Origin: Eledone cirrhosa
Lineage: Eukaryota
Assembly (NCBI GenBank): GCA_964016885.1
Contig: OZ024740.1
Location: 344,038,001-344,102,000, forward strand
Direction: 5' to 3'
DNA: 64,000 bases
The notes beneath the pieces are model-generated. The model did not search any database, had not been told where the DNA came from, and saw nothing but the letters and a program-made list of their open reading frames with translations. This document shows positions 45,770-61,429 of this stretch, piece after piece. Positions within the stretch are counted from its first letter, which is position 1, and each line of letters starts with the position of its first letter. The position numbers and the translations under genes were made by a program.

Positions 45770-46365
45770 ACCGGACATGCCTTCAATTGTATGTGCTTTC
45801 TGTTACCGAATGGATGAAAACAATATAGTACCAAACAAGGAAGAATTTGATTTAATCCACTTTGACAAAGAAGATGCACTTAAGTTACCATATTCTTGTC
45901 CTTCAGGCGAAAGCCTTGTGGCCTGCAACAACAAATTATTAATAGAATTGGTAAATTACAAAACGGATAGACGGCATGAAAAGCCTTGACTATTGGGTTC
46001 GACTAGAAAATGTCAAACTCTACTCTCTCCAATGCCACCTTTAGCGCCACGTCATCTGTAAGATGTGGAAAATATTCCATTAATATTACCCAAATGATGT
46101 TGGTATCAACTTTAAAATGTACCCAAGTCTTCGATCCCGTGATTGAACTCCCCTACAAAACTCGCCTTCGCGTCTCATAACATTACGATACAACTATTTC
46201 ACCATAATTGGTCCTGCTGTATTTAATATCATACCACAATTCATTAAGGCAGAAAATGTTCCTATAAAATTCAAAGGGTCCGTGGACAAATTATTCCAAG
46301 AAGATTCATATAAACTCCCTACCCCCAGATATGGCTCCGGAAACAATAATTCATGACTGGAGAGG
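45770..46365 (+). mobile_element. 3' fragment of a CR1/L2-group LINE ORF2 (pseudogenised, internally deleted)
   Basis: Translates to ENNIVPNKEEFDLIHF, KLYSLQCHL*RHVICKMWKIF and YNYFTIIGPAVFNIIPQFIK..FKGSVDKLFQE..PTPRY..NNS, the typical LYSL.RRR / GPxLFNxxP / FKxxLD C-terminal motifs. Confidence 0.75.
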
Positions 46366-46717
46366 TCCATGTTGTCCAAAATATGATTTTTAGGTATAAA
46401 TCATGAAAGACGGCGCCTGGTGGTATTTTTAAGTAAGACATGACCTGGACCAATATTGGTCGAAACCCCTCTAAGTTATGCCCACACACACGAACATACA
46501 CGCCAATCTAATAGACAAGGGAACGAAACAATATGGTGTTTACTTCGCAGAGTTCCTTTCTTTGTATATTGCATTGGAAACAAAACCTTATTGCATAAGA
46601 TGGTTTCTGATGAGGTAGCTTTACTGGGTGCATCTTCAAAGCATCACGTAACCATTATTGGCAAATAATTAACACAGCTTTATGAATAAACGTATTCTGA
46701 ACATCTAGATTTATATT

Positions 46718-46821
<104 letters not shown>

Positions 46822-47245
46822 ATGTGTGGAGGGGGGGGGGGGGGGTACGTGTGTGTGTATGTGTGTGTGTAAAGATGCAAGTACCATATTATTAAACACA
46901 CAAATCCGAACGCAAACACACCCAGAACAAACGCAAGGTATTAAAGAATGACCTATACGCAAAGAATGCACTCGGAAAACAAAGTCAACTATAATCAAAG
47001 CATCTATATATATATATATATATTCATTTATGGTTAATTGCTGAACCTTGTTATCTGGGGTTTTACCAATTAGCCATAATAAATGAAGATTTAAGCTCTA
47101 CTTCGGTACCGAGTTCTGGTTCTATTGGTGATTCGGATCGAATTTAATTCTATGTAAATACATCTTGGCTTTTTTTGATGAAACATTATGTATGAAATAA
47201 AGAATGGTGATATGTGTGTTTTGATTCTCCATCATAATTTTCTGT

Positions 47246-47297
<52 letters not shown>

Positions 47298-47321
47298 CAG
47301 TAAAATAATGACTACACTTGT

Positions 47322-47519
47322 AGTTCTAAATAATTTAATTTAATTTTATAATATTCTAATTTTATAATTTGGTTTTGTATATCTAGTAGGTTCTTTATTA
47401 ACTTCGGTGGGGAGATCTTTAAAAATCTCCCCACTGTAATTAACAAAGAACCTACTAGATCTACGAAACCAATATGTAAAATTATAATATTATAAAATTA
47501 AATTAAATTGTTTAGAACT
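47322..47519. repeat. imperfect palindrome of about 200 bp between (TA)n tracts
   Basis: AGTTCTAAATAATTTAATTTAATTTTATAATATT...GTGGGGAGAT / ATCTCCCCAC...AATATTATAAAATTAAATTAAATTGTTTAGAACT with a loop of about 7 nt. Confidence 0.9.
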
Positions 47520-47802
47520 TTTCCTTTTTTTAAATTTACCTAACTGTACCAAGGATTTCACACATTTTCCTATATATATATATATATATATAGAGATATA
47601 TATATATATAGATATATATATATATAGATATATATACGTGTCTTGGGTTCAATCGGTGGTAACCACAAGTAGTAAGGTATTCAATACATTAGTAGTTTGC
47701 AGACATCATGTTTAATATAGAAATGACTTCTGTAGGACAATAACCGTTTCATTCTTATAATGAGAAATTACAATCTATAATTAAATTTAGAGTTTGAAAT
47801 AA

Positions 47803-48199
47803 ATAATTGTTTCTACTTTAGGCACAAGGCCAGCAATTATCCAGTGCATTACTGGTACTTTATTCTATCGACCCTGTAAGGATGAAAGGCAAAGTCAACC
47901 TCGGCGGGATTTGAACTCAGATCGTAAAGGGACGTAACTATGCTGGAAAGCATGGCGTCCGACCCTCTACCGATACTGCCAATCCACCGCCCTTTGAAAT
48001 TTAGAGTTTGAAATAAATAATTGTTTCTACTTTTGGGACAAAGCCAGCAATTACCCCAGTGCATTACTGGTACTTTATTCTATCGACCCCGTAAGGATGA
48101 AAGGCAAAGTTAAGCTCGGCGGGATTTGAACTCAGATTGTAAAGGGGCGTAACTCTATGCTGCAAAGCATGTTGTCTGACGATCTACCGATACTGCCTA
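47803..48199 (-). mobile_element. tandem pair of family A SINEs (47803-47992 and 48017-48199)
   Basis: Reverse complement of the 43652 element twice; AAATTTAGAGTTTGAAATAA at 47783 and 47997 brackets the first copy. Confidence 0.92.
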
Positions 48200-48501
48200 T
48201 ATAATACAGACATACTTGTACAGAGGTATCCAACTTCTTCAGTCAGCAGCTGCCTTCACTCGACTACTGCTGCAGCTATGGCAACCAGGCTTCGCATGCG
48301 ATAAACTCTGTGGTTCACTTATTCTCTATACCTCCCACGTACTCCAAATATATATATTAACCATCCTAAGCCATAACACTAACTCTATTCAAAACTTCGC
48401 TGCTGTATTCATTCAAGTCAAAAATCAGATGCAAGCTTGAAGCACCTCCCAAGTTTCACAACGTATGGAGGATGTTTGTTGTATCAAACGTCTACTATCA
48501 A

Positions 48502-48903
48502 GGGGCGGAGGATTGGCAGTATCGGTAGAGGATCGGACGCCATTCTTTGACACATAGAGTTACGGCCCTTGCTATTCTAAGTTCAAATCCCGCCGTGGTT
48601 AACTTTGCTTTTCATCCTTACGGGGTCGATAAATGCACTGGGTACCAGTAATGCACTGGATAATTGCTGGCCTTGTGCCAATAGTAGAAACAATTATTAT
48701 ACCTATTATCTGCTGGATTGGCAATATCGGTAGAGGGTCGGACGCCATGTTTTTCAGTATAGAGTTACGACCCTTTATGATCTGAGTTCAAATCCCGCCG
48801 AGGTTAACTTTGCCTTTGATTCTTACGGGGTCGACAAAATAAAGTACCAGTAATGTACTGGAATAATTGCTTGCCTTGTTTCAAAAGTAGAAACAATTAT
48901 TAT
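48502..48903 (+). mobile_element. tandem pair of family A SINEs (48502-48700 and 48712-48903)
   Basis: Both copies have A box, B box, central domain and tail; (T/C)CTA(C/T)TATC occurs before, between and after them. Confidence 0.92.
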
Positions 48904-50308
48904 ATCTATTATCTCGCCACCTTGTAAAGAAAACACCTTAAAATATAAGAAGATCTACAAATACGTAGTCACTCGACCCGCGAGAAGTAACATCAAAAGT
49001 CCTATATATCGCATCCTTAAATATGTGTCGATAAAAATGAAAGAATTTACTTAGTCATTATTTAGTCTATGTACTGAATATTTTACACTGTACATTGTTT
49101 TGTACATTGTCTTCTTAACATGCATCTAATAAAATATGCCAACGTGTTTCAAAATCTTTTTAAAATAAATATATTTTCATTATAAATATGATTTGATAAC
49201 TTATCCAAAATTCCTTACATACAATCAAAATTGATGGTGTATATGAACTGTTTAAAACGAGCAGTTTTGTATTAAAAGAATCCTGGGGCAGTTTTTTGTT
49301 AGTTAGTATGAAATATATGACAACACCAGGCAATGATTTGCGGTAGATTTTACAACAATTCTTCGCAAGTCAAGTGACATTTGGTACCCTCTCTCTTTTC
49401 TTCTTATTATTCAGAGATCTGGATAGCAGAGATGATTGTGTGTTGGACTTCATGGCTTAACTTGTTTAGTTGCCTCTCCTTATATTCTGGGTTTAAAACC
49501 TGCCCCAGGTCAGTTCTGATCGAGCAGCCATAATCATACTGTATTTGGTTTTATTGACCTACACGATGACTATGTTTCTCCTCTGCAAAATGACAGCATG
49601 GCTTAAGAGAAAATTTTGCGATTTCTTGTTTGGGTCTCGAGTGCTTAGCAGATATCTCGTTAGTTCGTTATTATTACTGTTGGTGATGCAATGATATCAT
49701 ATTTTATTCCCTGCAACAAAAGTTTATTTTTCAATGTTATTGAGATAGATTTTGAATTTAATGACTTTTGTTTCGAAAAATCCCATAAAGTTATGTCACT
49801 GGACTCTTTTGTCACATTCAACATTTGGCAAGCTTACAACAAATTTAAGTTTTTAGGAGTGAAATTTAATATCGTTTGACATCTGCAATATTTCGCGTGG
49901 AAAATTAACATATTATGTGAACCCATACAGAAATACAGAACAGTGATAGATAGATAGAGTTAGAAAAAGTGAGCGGGGTAAGAGGGGGCGATAGAACGAG
50001 AGATAAGGAAAGAGAACGGGAGAGGATAGAGGGAGTCAGAGTACGAACGAGAAGTACAGAGAAAGGGATAGAGTAAGAGATGCTGAAAATGTGTTAGTTT
50101 ACTTGTGTATTAAATGTAGGTAGCTCTCTTTTGTCCCATTCCGAATTTTTTAAATACATTACAAACCTAAATCGCATATGATGATGATGATGTTGAGGAT
50201 GAACCTGATGAAAATGATGATGATGATGTGGAAGAGGAGGGAGAGGTGAATGCAGGACGAATGTGACAATGAGGGGCATAACGAGGAAGTTAAAGATAGG
50301 TTTATGGA

Positions 50309-50357
50309 TAATAATTGTTTCTACTTTAGGCACAAGGCCAGCAATTATCCAGTGCAT
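50309..50357 (-). mobile_element. SINE family A 3' tail fragment
   Basis: ATAATTGTTTCTACTTTAGGCACAAGGCCAGCAATTATCCAGTGCAT matches 47803-47849. Confidence 0.85.
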
Positions 50358-50399
50358 GGAGGTAATGAGAGTGGTGGTTGTGGTGGTGATAACGCAGTA

Positions 50400-50883
50400 C
50401 CAATGACGATGATGATGATAAGGTCTACGACAATGTAAATTGTGAGTTGGGATGCTGATTAGGACGATGATGTCGATGATAATGATGGTGATGATGAGGG
50501 TGATGAGGATAATGATGATGATGAGGGTGATGAGGATAATGATTATGATAATGATGATGGTGGTGGTGATGAGGATAACGATGACGATGATAATGATGGT
50601 GATGAGGATAATGATGATGATGATGATGATAGTGATGATGATGACGACGATGATGATGGTGATGATGATGACGATGATGATGATGGTGATGATGATGACG
50701 ATGATGATGGTGTTGATGATGATGGTGATGAGGACAATAATGATGATGATGATGGTGATGATGATGACGATGATGATGATAATGATGATGATGGTGAGGA
50801 GGATAATGATGATGATGATACTGATGATGATGATGATGTTGTTGATGACGATGATGATGTTGATGATGATGGTGACGAGGATA

Positions 50884-50922
<39 letters not shown>

Positions 50923-50935
50923 CATTACGATGATA
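50400..50935. repeat. degenerate (GAT)n trinucleotide tract
   Basis: Direct observation; source of the poly-His, poly-Met and poly-Ser ORFs. Confidence 0.95.
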
Positions 50936-51127
50936 TTGGATGAATGGAGGATTGACGTGAAGGAAAGAGGGAGCTACTACACAGTAGTGCAACTAACATA
51001 GCTTATGGAACCCGTAATAATTCTATTATAAATATCTATCATCTTGGGCTGCTCACTGCTACTTGTTTTAATAATATGGACCTAAATATAATCCTCAAAG
51101 GGAAGAAAGAATATACATCACCTTGAG

Positions 51128-52515
<1,388 letters not shown>

Positions 52516-52755
52516 TTAAGTAAATTGGTAACTGCTGTACCTCTGCTGCTGCAGAATCAGTTGCAGCTGCAGCAACAATGTTAACAACTTCACAATAGGG
52601 AAGTTGAAAGGTAAAATGAAAAATATGATATAAACATGTACGATTTTATAGAGACACAATGTACGCATGTTGGGTGCGCGAGAAGATAGACTATGTGCGA
52701 GAGCGAAAGTGAGTAAGAGAGAGAGAGAGTGTGTGGGATGAGAGCGGGTGTATAT

Positions 52756-52786
<31 letters not shown>

Positions 52787-53550
52787 CATATACATATATA
52801 TATATATATATATGAATTATTGTGTATTAGGGACTAAAAGAGAGAGGAGTGAGAAAGATAGAGAAAGGAAGACACAGAAAGAGAGAGACTGGGAGAGAAA
52901 GTGACAGTGAGTGTGTGTCTCAGAGTGAACATGCGATGTGCATAGACATATATATAGTGAACGAAAACGAATTAGTTACAAGAGGAAAATGGAGGGATAA
53001 ATGGTTGAGCGATAAATACATAGAATGAGAGGATGTAACAGAAAGTGAGAATGAGAGTTAGAGTAAATTACTGAGAAAAGGGGGAAATGGAACGACCTTG
53101 TAAAATATAGTGACAGAGCTATAGTGGGAAATGTAGAGAAAAAATAGATAGAAACAAAGTCATAGACAGGCAGAAAAGGGGAAACAGAAAATGACAGTCT
53201 GAGTAAGATTCGGATTTTGACAGAGAACGAGAGATTGAGTGAAAATAAAGATTAAAGCATAGAGCGAGCGAGAGAATGAGTGAATGTCTGAGGGTGTTTA
53301 GAGGAAGGAGTACAACAATGGTATATGAAGTTAAGAGAGAGAGAGAGGGGGGGGGAGAAAGAGGGGTAGAGAGAGAGAGCGTGTGTGTGAAGGTCGAATG
53401 ATGGCGAGAATATGAAATACAAGGGAAAATGAAACTTATATGCGTACACACTTAGACACACACTTACACACATACACACACATACAGATGAATACATGTA
53501 TTAGGTGTATGCATGTGCGTGCGCGTGTGTAAAGAAGATGAAGAAGTAGA

Positions 53551-53608
<58 letters not shown>

Positions 53609-53629
53609 GAGATAGAGAGAGAGAGAAAG

Positions 53630-53662
<33 letters not shown>

Positions 53663-54569
53663 TGCTTTTATATATGGACAAGGTAAAGGAGAAACCGAAT
53701 GTAGATCGAACGAAAGAAACGGCCAGGGAGAGATTTAAGAAAATGAGAAGAAGTCAGAATGAAGTTAAGTTTTAAAACTTGTTTGGTTTACTGACTTTAT
53801 AAATATTATTATGCCAATATTAGTAAAATGGCAGACAACATATTTGAATTATTTTTTTATTTTTCCGTTCTGTGTTTAAATACAATATCAATCTGATTTT
53901 GATTTTCAACCCTAACGCTAAAAGACAGTAATAAATCATATAGTGGGATCTGTTTATGCAACTGTACTTTCCTCTCTATGATGTAATGAGTATTTGGTGA
54001 AAGAAATATCTTTCAACCTTTCACTAGTCAGTTATGTCCCTTTATCACTTCAAATTAAAATACCACCAATATTACTTTCCATTTTATAATTAGAGATAGT
54101 TTTATGAACTATGAAAGTGACTGTTCTCTTATTAGAAATTTTAACTGCTCGGGAATAGTTAAATTTTTAATGTTTAGTTACATTCTGTCTCAATGCTTGC
54201 TACAAAGTGTATTTTGCTAAAAGCACCCAAGGGCTTGGTGGAGGTTTTAAAACTAATGATGGTTTATATCGATGACCGTAAATTTTGAATTCAAACTCAA
54301 AATGCTAGAAATAATATCACCGTTAATTGCCTGAATACAATATATGTTTCGCCAATCTATTTCTATTGTAAAATATAGGACCTTTACACAATATGCATAA
54401 TTATATGTCTACATTTAACATGAGAACTTTATTACAGAACACAATTTATATTATTCCTCATTTTATCTTTAGCTAACGAAACTACATTGAAAGAACAGAT
54501 ATATAGCCCGTATTAGCCCATCTTTTCCTGTATGAAGCATGGCAAATTTTCGATCTGTTGTTGTTTGAA

Positions 54570-55090
54570 TATCCTCCTCCTCTTTTTCCATCTTAGTCAT
54601 TGTCCACTTAAACCTTGGGAGGTCGTGAAGGATGAGGTCTCTGACACGTCTTCCAGTGGGTCCAACTATCTCCAAATAATCTGGCTGGAGCCGAAAGCGA
54701 GACTAACCGAGCTCATGCCTGCTATCTAAGCATCTTGCTCATTATGTACTTCTGCCTCTCCTGCCGCTTTTGCCGTACAATCTGTCCAGTTATTCTTTCC
54801 TTAGACATTCTAACATGTTTGTATTATCTCCCAATTCGGAGGAGAAAGTGATCTAACACGAGCGTTTCCTTGATCTATGAGCTAGACATCCTATCGAAAC
54901 CCCTTCTGATGAATCCCATTTCTTCTACTTCTATTCGCGGTCATATTCTTTCGGTTATTACTCAAGATTCATGACCGTAGTTAAGGGTAGCCAAGAACAC
55001 CCATTTGAAGGTAGGAACTTTGGCTTTTACACCTACATTCATATTTCTGATGACAAATCTGACTAAGGTGTATCTAACCTCTACATGGGC
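54570..55090 (-). mobile_element. decayed RTE-like LINE 3' fragment
   Basis: Minus strand gives VEEMGFIRR (about 54935-54905), then ITGQIV and a K-R-x-x-R-Q-K-Y patch (about 54795-54745), like the EMxFxRR...GKxxGKRxRGRQR motifs at the end of RTE ORFs. Confidence 0.55.
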
Positions 55091-55744
55091 TCCATCAGTA
55101 TATCTATTTCACTGTACATCTATTGATTCTAATTTTTGTGATTTCCCAGAACTATTTTACACAACCCCTTACACACACAAATGCACAGGCATCAACTTAT
55201 AATATTTTGATATGAACGATACGTTTATTAATACAAACATTTTACAGAAAAAGAGTCTCAAAAGTATATTTGTATTAAATACGTAGTCGATATTTTATAA
55301 TTTGTGGCATAAGTACAGAGGCAACAGAAGTTTTAAAATATATCAGGCATAGAGAAAAGAACGGGAAAAATCTCCCATTGTTTGAACAGATCTTTTGTTT
55401 CAACATTTCGAAAACCTTACCGAACAACACAGGAATCTGAATACCGGAGTGTACAATGACCAAAACTTGTAGCAATATCAACTAAGATGCGGACATTATG
55501 CCGAAGGAATTAGTGCATAATATTGATATTTCACTATGTTAAACAATAGTGGAATACATATTTGTTAACGTCTCGGTGAAATTGGAAATATCTGAAAAAC
55601 AAATGCATTGCCAGAAAAGCAATTATTCGATTGAAGTCAGAGATATGTTCTGTCCTAAGTAGTGGTAGTTAAGATGATTTCAATGTTATTTTTATTTAGA
55701 ATCACTTTGGACCGTGAGTGAAAATCATTTGAATGGACCTCAAT

Positions 55745-55830
55745 ACTTCACTGGAATTTTGTTTTATCGACACCGGTAGGATGAAAGGTAAAGTGATTAT
55801 GGAGGAATTAGCGCTAAAACTCGATAAGGG
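55745..55830 (-). mobile_element. degenerate SINE central domain
   Basis: CACTGGAATTTTGTTTTATCGACACCGGTAGGATGAAAGGTAAAGT matches the reverse complement of family A. Confidence 0.6.
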
Positions 55831-56395
55831 TAATCTTAATAATAATAAAAATGTTATTGGGGATGAATATAATAGTGTATGATGGTGATGTTGTTTATAA
55901 GCCATGATGAATTGATAACAATGATATCGGGTGTGATGATGACGATAATGTGTGGTTTTGATGGTGGTCGTGTTGCTGAAGGGAAAAAATATCCTTAGAA
56001 AAGAAATAATTTTCCATCTCGTTTTCACAACAAACGAAAGGTTATATAAAATAATATAATTACTTATTTGAAAATTAAAAGGTCATCACAGACGAAATGG
56101 TAAATCATAAGTAGAAATGTACTCATCAGCCGTCAGATATATTTAAGGAATACTTAAAAAAGAACATGATGTATACTATAGCAGTATGAATAGCACTGAA
56201 GGTGCTGTTTATGTTTTAGGTGTCAGCAAACACGGTGGGTTTGTGGTCGAATTGTCAAAATGAAACATGCAGAGCAGAAGACTCTTCGATATGTCGGCAA
56301 GTTCATTTCGCTAGAAAATGTAGAAGAGAACGTAGGTTATCGTTACGCATACATGCACACACACATAGACAGAGGAAGAGGGAGAAAAAGATACG

Positions 56396-58135
<1,740 letters not shown>

Positions 58136-58161
58136 TTTCCCTAAAACGACCAATTTTATAT

Positions 58162-58330
58162 ATATTTATTAAAATAACAGATTAAAGTTTAAGCAAAGAA
58201 TCGCTGCTTTCACCCTTAACCGGATCTTCTGAAACTATCAAAGTCAATATTTGTTAGTTTCAGAAGATCCCGTTAAGGGTGAAAGCAGCGATTCTTTGCT
58301 TAAACTTTAATCTGTTATTTTAATAAATAT
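58162..58330. repeat. near-perfect palindrome with about 81-bp arms next to (TA)n
   Basis: 58162-58242 is the reverse complement of 58250-58330 with about 2 mismatches. Confidence 0.92.
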
Positions 58331-58434
58331 TTGCTCTACGGTTCTTATATATTTGATATATATTTATCCTTATCGAGCCCTCTTTGGATTTTAGTCTTCA
58401 AATATATTATTATTACTATATATATATATATATT

Positions 58435-58907
58435 ATACTTGGGGAGGGCCATATTTGTGTAATAATATTGCCAGAATTAATAACAGAACACACTCACTGT
58501 TTGGTTGGTTTTCGCTTCTGTGTCTTTTATATCGGTTAATTAATTTATTCGGTCCTAAATGTTGCCATTGACTGACCAACGGTAAAAAATACAGATACAA
58601 TATAGACACAAACACATATATATAGTCTATCAAAGTTCTTTCGTTGCACATCTGCAACATCGTCAGTGTTGCTATTATGTTTCCTCCCGTTGCATTGTAT
58701 GCTTACGCTATCTTTATTTAGTCTGTTTATTTATTTATTTATTTGTTTATTTTTTTTGTCTTCTCTGCGCATGCGTTTGCGTGTGTGTATAGTGTTTTGT
58801 TTGATGTGTGTTCTTGTTTGGGTGACTGTGTATTGGTTAATGTATTCTATCTTAGTTTACTAGTATGTGTTTATATGTGTTTGTTGTTATTGTGCTTGTG
58901 TATGTAT

Positions 58908-58938
<31 letters not shown>

Positions 58939-59800
58939 TACTTCTCTTACGTCAGTGTTGTTTGTTTGGGTGGTGTTGTTAATCCATTCATTTTTTCTGT
59001 TTAGCCTTGGCCTACTACGTTCTATTTCCCTAGCCTCTCTGATTTGCCTATCTGCTGGGTCATTTCTATGTTTAGATATTATTCTAACTTCTATGTTGTC
59101 TATGTTACCATTGACTTGTTGTCTAGCATGTTCGTATAGTACTGAACCGTTTTTTTCGTCCTTTTAGTTCCTCCCAGTGTTGGTCTATCCTTTCACCTAT
59201 GCTACGAGCTGTCTCGCCTATGTATGTTCTTGTCATGTTTCTGCATGTATCCTCTGTACATCTTATGCTATAGACTACGTTTCTAATTTTACAGTTTATC
59301 GGGGGATTGACTCTACATATGTTACATTTCCTATTAGTACAGTGGGTTTCCTTAAAAGAGTAGGTTTTGCTGATCAGGGATTTTATGGTGGTTCCTGGCT
59401 TTTCTACCACCTTAATCTTTAAGTGGGTCTTTGTCAGGGCCTTTCTACACTGGTTAGCTAATTTCCCTCCAGAGGTAGCGTCCACAAACTTGACACTCTG
59501 GTATCTCTGGTTGTCGTACCATGAGGTGGCTTTCGCTATCTTATGTCTAGTCCTATCTAAGCTATTCCATGATTTGCTCCTGTATAATGGGCAAATTCCT
59601 TTTATGTCTAGTTCTATGTGGGTCTTATACTTCTCTGTGGCTCCTTCGTATACTCTGATTCTGTCTCTTTGGCTGTAGCCAGAGAACTGCATGCGGTTGA
59701 TGAAGTGTTGGATGTGTCTTTCCATTTCTCTTGGGTCGCACATGCGGGACACATTCTTCATCACTTGTACCAAATCTGCGATCAGAATATTAAACTGAGC
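58435..59800 (-). mobile_element. Penelope-like element, left arm: RT thumb/linker, GIY-YIG endonuclease and 3' terminal region
   Basis: ORF 59123-59827 contains SGY, CxxxxCxxC (HCTNRKCNIC) and NVVYSIRC....C....YIGETARSIGERIDQH, a GIY-YIG domain typical of Penelope-like elements. The arm ends against a (TA)n run. Confidence 0.92.
58622..58675 (-). ncRNA. hammerhead ribozyme candidate in the Penelope terminal region (left arm)
   Basis: Reverse complement is identical to 60987-61040. Confidence 0.65.
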
Positions 59801-59811
59801 AGGTAAGTAAA

Positions 59812-61228
59812 ATGGTCGCACATGCAATAGGGGCTAGTATCAAAACTACCCTAAAGGGCCACATATTCAAGTTCAACGAGAAGATCTACACCCAAAATGA
59901 GGGAGCAGTCATTGGCGTCAGCATAGCTGGTGACGTTGCCAACCTTTTTATGGTATGGTGGGAAAGTAAACTCAAAAATCTCCTTGATGAGGGCTCCATA
60001 GACCTCATCATGTACTCTCGTTACGTAGACATCAATATAGTAATAAGGACATCCCCACTAGAGCGCACTAACAAGTTTGATTTAGAACGTAGCACAATGG
60101 AAAGCATCCAGCAGATAGCTAATTTCATACACCAGAGTATAACTCTACCCATCGACTACCCTTCCAAACACCCTAACAGTAGACCACCTGTATTAGACAC
60201 GGAACTCTGGATTAACGCTATAGACGAAAGAGCCCAAATTCTTCACTCACACTTTGCCAAACCCATGGCCTCCAAATACCAGATACTCAAAAACTCAGCA
60301 ATTTCCGGTAGTGCTAAGTTTAATATTCTGATCGCAGACTTGGTACGAGTGATGAAGAACGTGTCCCGCATGTGCGACCCATCATAAATGGAAAGACACA
60401 TCCAACACTTCATCAACCGCATGCAGTTCTCTGGATACAACCAAAGAGACAGAATCAGAGTATACGAAGGAGCCACAGAGAAGTATAAGACCCACATAGA
60501 ACTAGACATAAAAGGAATTTGCCCATTATACAGGAGCAAATCATGGAATAGCATAGATAGGACTAGACATAAGATAGCGAAAGCCACCTCATGGTACGAC
60601 AACCAGAGATACTAGAGTGTCATGTTTGTGGACGCTACCTCTGGAGGGAAATTAGCTAACCAGTGTAGAAAGACCCTGAGAAAGACCCACTTAAAGATTA
60701 AGGTGGTAGAAAAGCCAGGAACCACCATAAAATCCCTGATCAGCAAAACCTACCCTTTTAAGAAAACCCACTGTACTAATAGGAAATGTATCATATGTAG
60801 AGTCAACCCCCGGATAAACTGTTAGAATACATTAACCAATACACAGTCACCCAAACAAGAACACACATCAAACAAAACACTATACACACACGCAAACGCA
60901 TGCGCAGAGAAGACAAATAATAAACAAATAAATAAACAGACTAAATAAAAATGGCGTAAGCATACAATGCACCGGGAGGAAACATAATAGCAACACTGAC
61001 GATGTTGCAGATGTGCAACGAAAGAACTTTGATAGACTATATATATGTGTTTGTGTCTATATTGTATCTGTATTTTTGACTGTTGGTCAGTCAATGGAAA
61101 CATTTAGGACCGAATAAATTATATTAACCGATATAAAAGACACAGAAGCGAAAGCCAACCAAACAGTGAGTGTGTTCTGTTATTAATTCTGGCAATATTA
61201 TTATACAAATATGACCCTCCCCAAGTAT
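59812..61228 (+). mobile_element. Penelope-like element, right arm: 5'-truncated RT pseudogene with the endonuclease deleted
   Basis: HIFKFNEKIYTQNEGAVIGVSIAGDVANLFM, YSRYVD-I (YVDD with one Asp missing), PVLDTELW and KPMAS are PLE RT motifs. Stops at about 60385 and 60613; 60312-61228 mirrors the left arm except for a deletion of about 440 bp at 60822/60823. Confidence 0.92.
60987..61040 (+). ncRNA. hammerhead ribozyme candidate in the Penelope terminal region (right arm)
   Basis: CTGACGA at 60996, stem II GTTGCA/GATG/TGCAAC, GAAA at 61020, short stem III GAACTT, interrupted stem I (CA/TG proximal, ATAG/CTAT distal). Confidence 0.65.
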
Positions 61229-61337
61229 AACAATATTTGTTTCGACATAACGATTTCATATCAAAAACCTCGCAAAACTATATATATATATATATATATA
61301 TATAATTATAAAATGTGGAGAAGGAGCACACGCGTTG

Positions 61338-61393
<56 letters not shown>

Positions 61394-61429
61394 ATAGGGA
61401 GAAAAAGACGATTATTGGGAAAAAAACAT

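Noticed and set aside
48216-48440. Possible host exon (CAG/CTG-rich ORF; similar patch at 52530-52600)
   Set aside because: No recognisable protein similarity or convincing splice-site pair; cannot be supported without transcript data.
50425-50992. His-, Met- or Ser-rich proteins
   Set aside because: Products of a (GAT)n tract.
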